The notes beneath the pieces were generated by a model. The model was not told where the DNA came from, did not search any database, and worked only from the letters and a program-made list of their open reading frames with translations. A stretch of 64,000 bases of DNA from an uncultured Acidobacteriota bacterium (lineage in GTDB: Bacteria; Acidobacteriota; Polarisedimenticolia; Polarisedimenticolales; DASRJG01). Positions 62,929-64,000 of this stretch are shown in pieces (within the stretch, counting starts at the first letter, position 1; every line of letters begins with the position of its first letter). The translations under genes were made by a program, and so were the position numbers. The stretch is taken from NCBI GenBank assembly GCA_964383585.1, contig CAYLHQ010000013.1:16944-80943 (forward strand). Reading direction: 5' to 3'.

Positions 62929-63429
62929 TCAGCGTTCCCAGACCATCTGGGTGTACTTCCCGTCACGGTCGCAGCGGACCTCCAGGGCGCCCCCTCCCGC
63001 GCGTGAAAGAGCTTCGGCCAAACGACGGGCCAGATGCCCGTCGGTCGTCGTCAGCTGCGTCGAGCCGTCGTCCTGCGTCGAGATCCCCATCACCCGGGAC
63101 AGCGGATGGGCCTCTCGGGCGAGCCGCGCTTCCCGATCGATCAACGAGAGGATCTCGTCCCGATGGGCGGCGAACCACTCGCCGCGGAGGGTGAGCGCCG
63201 CCTTCGGGGCGCGGCCGCGAATCCTCACGCAGGCGGGACAGAGGTGCTTCGAAGCCTCAGGAGGTGCCGGTTCCCAACTCCAGCGGCCGCGGTGGAAGGC
63301 GGCACCGCAATCGGGACACGTGCAGGGGGCGGTCGGCTTCCGCGCCGTCGAGAAGTTGTCGTGGGGACGCGGCCGCAAGGTTCGATCGCGGCGCGTCTGT
63401 CCGGCGTTCGCGTGGCTCGATCGGATCAT
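62929..63429 (-). CDS. zinc-ribbon protein (two CxxC pairs), function unknown
   Basis: Internal ATG 63429. CTCPDCGAAFHRGRWSW...CPACVRI, followed by a conserved-looking C-terminal domain. Confidence 0.6.
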   Translation of the reverse strand: MIRSSHANAGQTRRDRTLRPRPHDNFSTARKPTAPCTCPDCGAAFHRGRWSWEPAPPEASKHLCPACVRIRGRAPKAALTLRGEWFAAHRDEILSLIDREARLAREAHPLSRVMGISTQDDGSTQLTTTDGHLARRLAEALSRAGGGALEVRCDRDGKYTQMVWER

Positions 63430-63598
63430 GCTCGGTCCTCCCGTCGGAGCCGTCGTCGGCCCGGGGGGACCGCGGGGCGCGGCCCCGAGGGTCGGACGGA
63501 AGATCCCGACACCACGAGCATACGCTCCTCCACGGCCGGTGTCACGGCGGGAACGTCGTTTGCAGACGACCGTACCCGGATCGCGCCGCGGGGACCGC

Positions 63599-64000
63599 AT
63601 GCGACTGCCAAGCCGACGGAGTCTCGCCGAGTACCTGGGATCCCTCCGCGGCTTACCGGTCGCCGTTCGCGAGGTGACCCCGCTCCACGGAGTGGAGGCG
63701 CTCCGAGCGACCAAGGGGTTCACCTACGGCGATCGGTTCCTCGTCGAGTACGAGGCCCGGGGGCGGACGCATCGTGCGGTCTTCGAGGCGGTCAGGCCGG
63801 GGCCGTACGGCCACGAGCACATGGCCGATCGAGCCAGCGCGATCCTCCGAGCCCACCGGGCATACAACCGCCTTCCCCGCCATGCCCGATCCCTCGACGT
63901 GGGTGCGGTCGTTCGCGGGGGGACGCTCGAGTCGCTCGGCGACGTGGAAGAGGTCTTCCTCGTCCGCGACTTCGTGTCGGGGTCCCCGTACTTCGAGGAC
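63599..64000 (+). CDS. phosphotransferase (APH/kinase-like) family protein, N-terminal fragment (3' end outside window)
   Basis: ATG 63599 opens a frame with high GC3 that runs to the window edge with no stop (MRLPSRRSLAEYLGSLRGLPVAVREVTPL...FLVRDFVSGSPYFED). It is absent from the ORF track because it has no stop. Confidence 0.5.
   Translation, partial: MRLPSRRSLAEYLGSLRGLPVAVREVTPLHGVEALRATKGFTYGDRFLVEYEARGRTHRAVFEAVRPGPYGHEHMADRASAILRAHRAYNRLPRHARSLDVGAVVRGGTLESLGDVEEVFLVRDFVSGSPYFED

Overview
Very GC-rich bacterial chromosomal segment from a diderm organism (it encodes Pal, an OmpA-type protein and lipoproteins). It is tightly packed with about 57 protein genes. I saw no rRNA, tRNA or CRISPR array. 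Most long ORFs in the six-frame track are GC-driven artefacts. Real genes were chosen by recognisable motifs, third-position GC and the 4-nt stop/start overlaps (GTGA, ATGA, TTGA) that recur at operon junctions.

Gene content:
- Housekeeping: purF fragment, pal, thyX-like, msrA, ispH, moaA, nth, polX.
- A five-gene carotenoid operon resembling the staphyloxanthin-type C30 glycosyl-ester pathway.
- A MetE-like/CDF/ZIP metal operon.
- A nine-gene minus-strand operon (38873-49707) that starts with a PP2C phosphatase and a LytS-type kinase sharing the same membrane sensor module.

Main lead: an IS200-like/RAYT tyrosine transposase gene (7794-8696) is bracketed by 37-nt imperfect inverted repeats. 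Their core, GGGACATT(C/T)C, recurs at the tips of AT-rich palindromic elements sitting exactly at gene boundaries:
- a 130-bp nested palindrome at 10408-10537;
- a perfect 153-bp palindrome at 38719-38871;
- a 38-bp junction element at 15751-15787.
A 44-bp hairpin at 57339-57382 is related through an inner module (GGGGACAGG) rather than the core itself.

Next to the junction element lies a perfect 2 x 210-bp tandem repeat with its own terminal inverted repeats and AAGGAG flanks. It is inserted in frame into the 5' end of an acyltransferase gene.

Secondary leads: two probable frameshifts, a 21-proline G-rich tract in pal, a tandem-domain ThyX, and candidate operator repeats. All functional calls rest on motif recognition by eye; no database search was possible.
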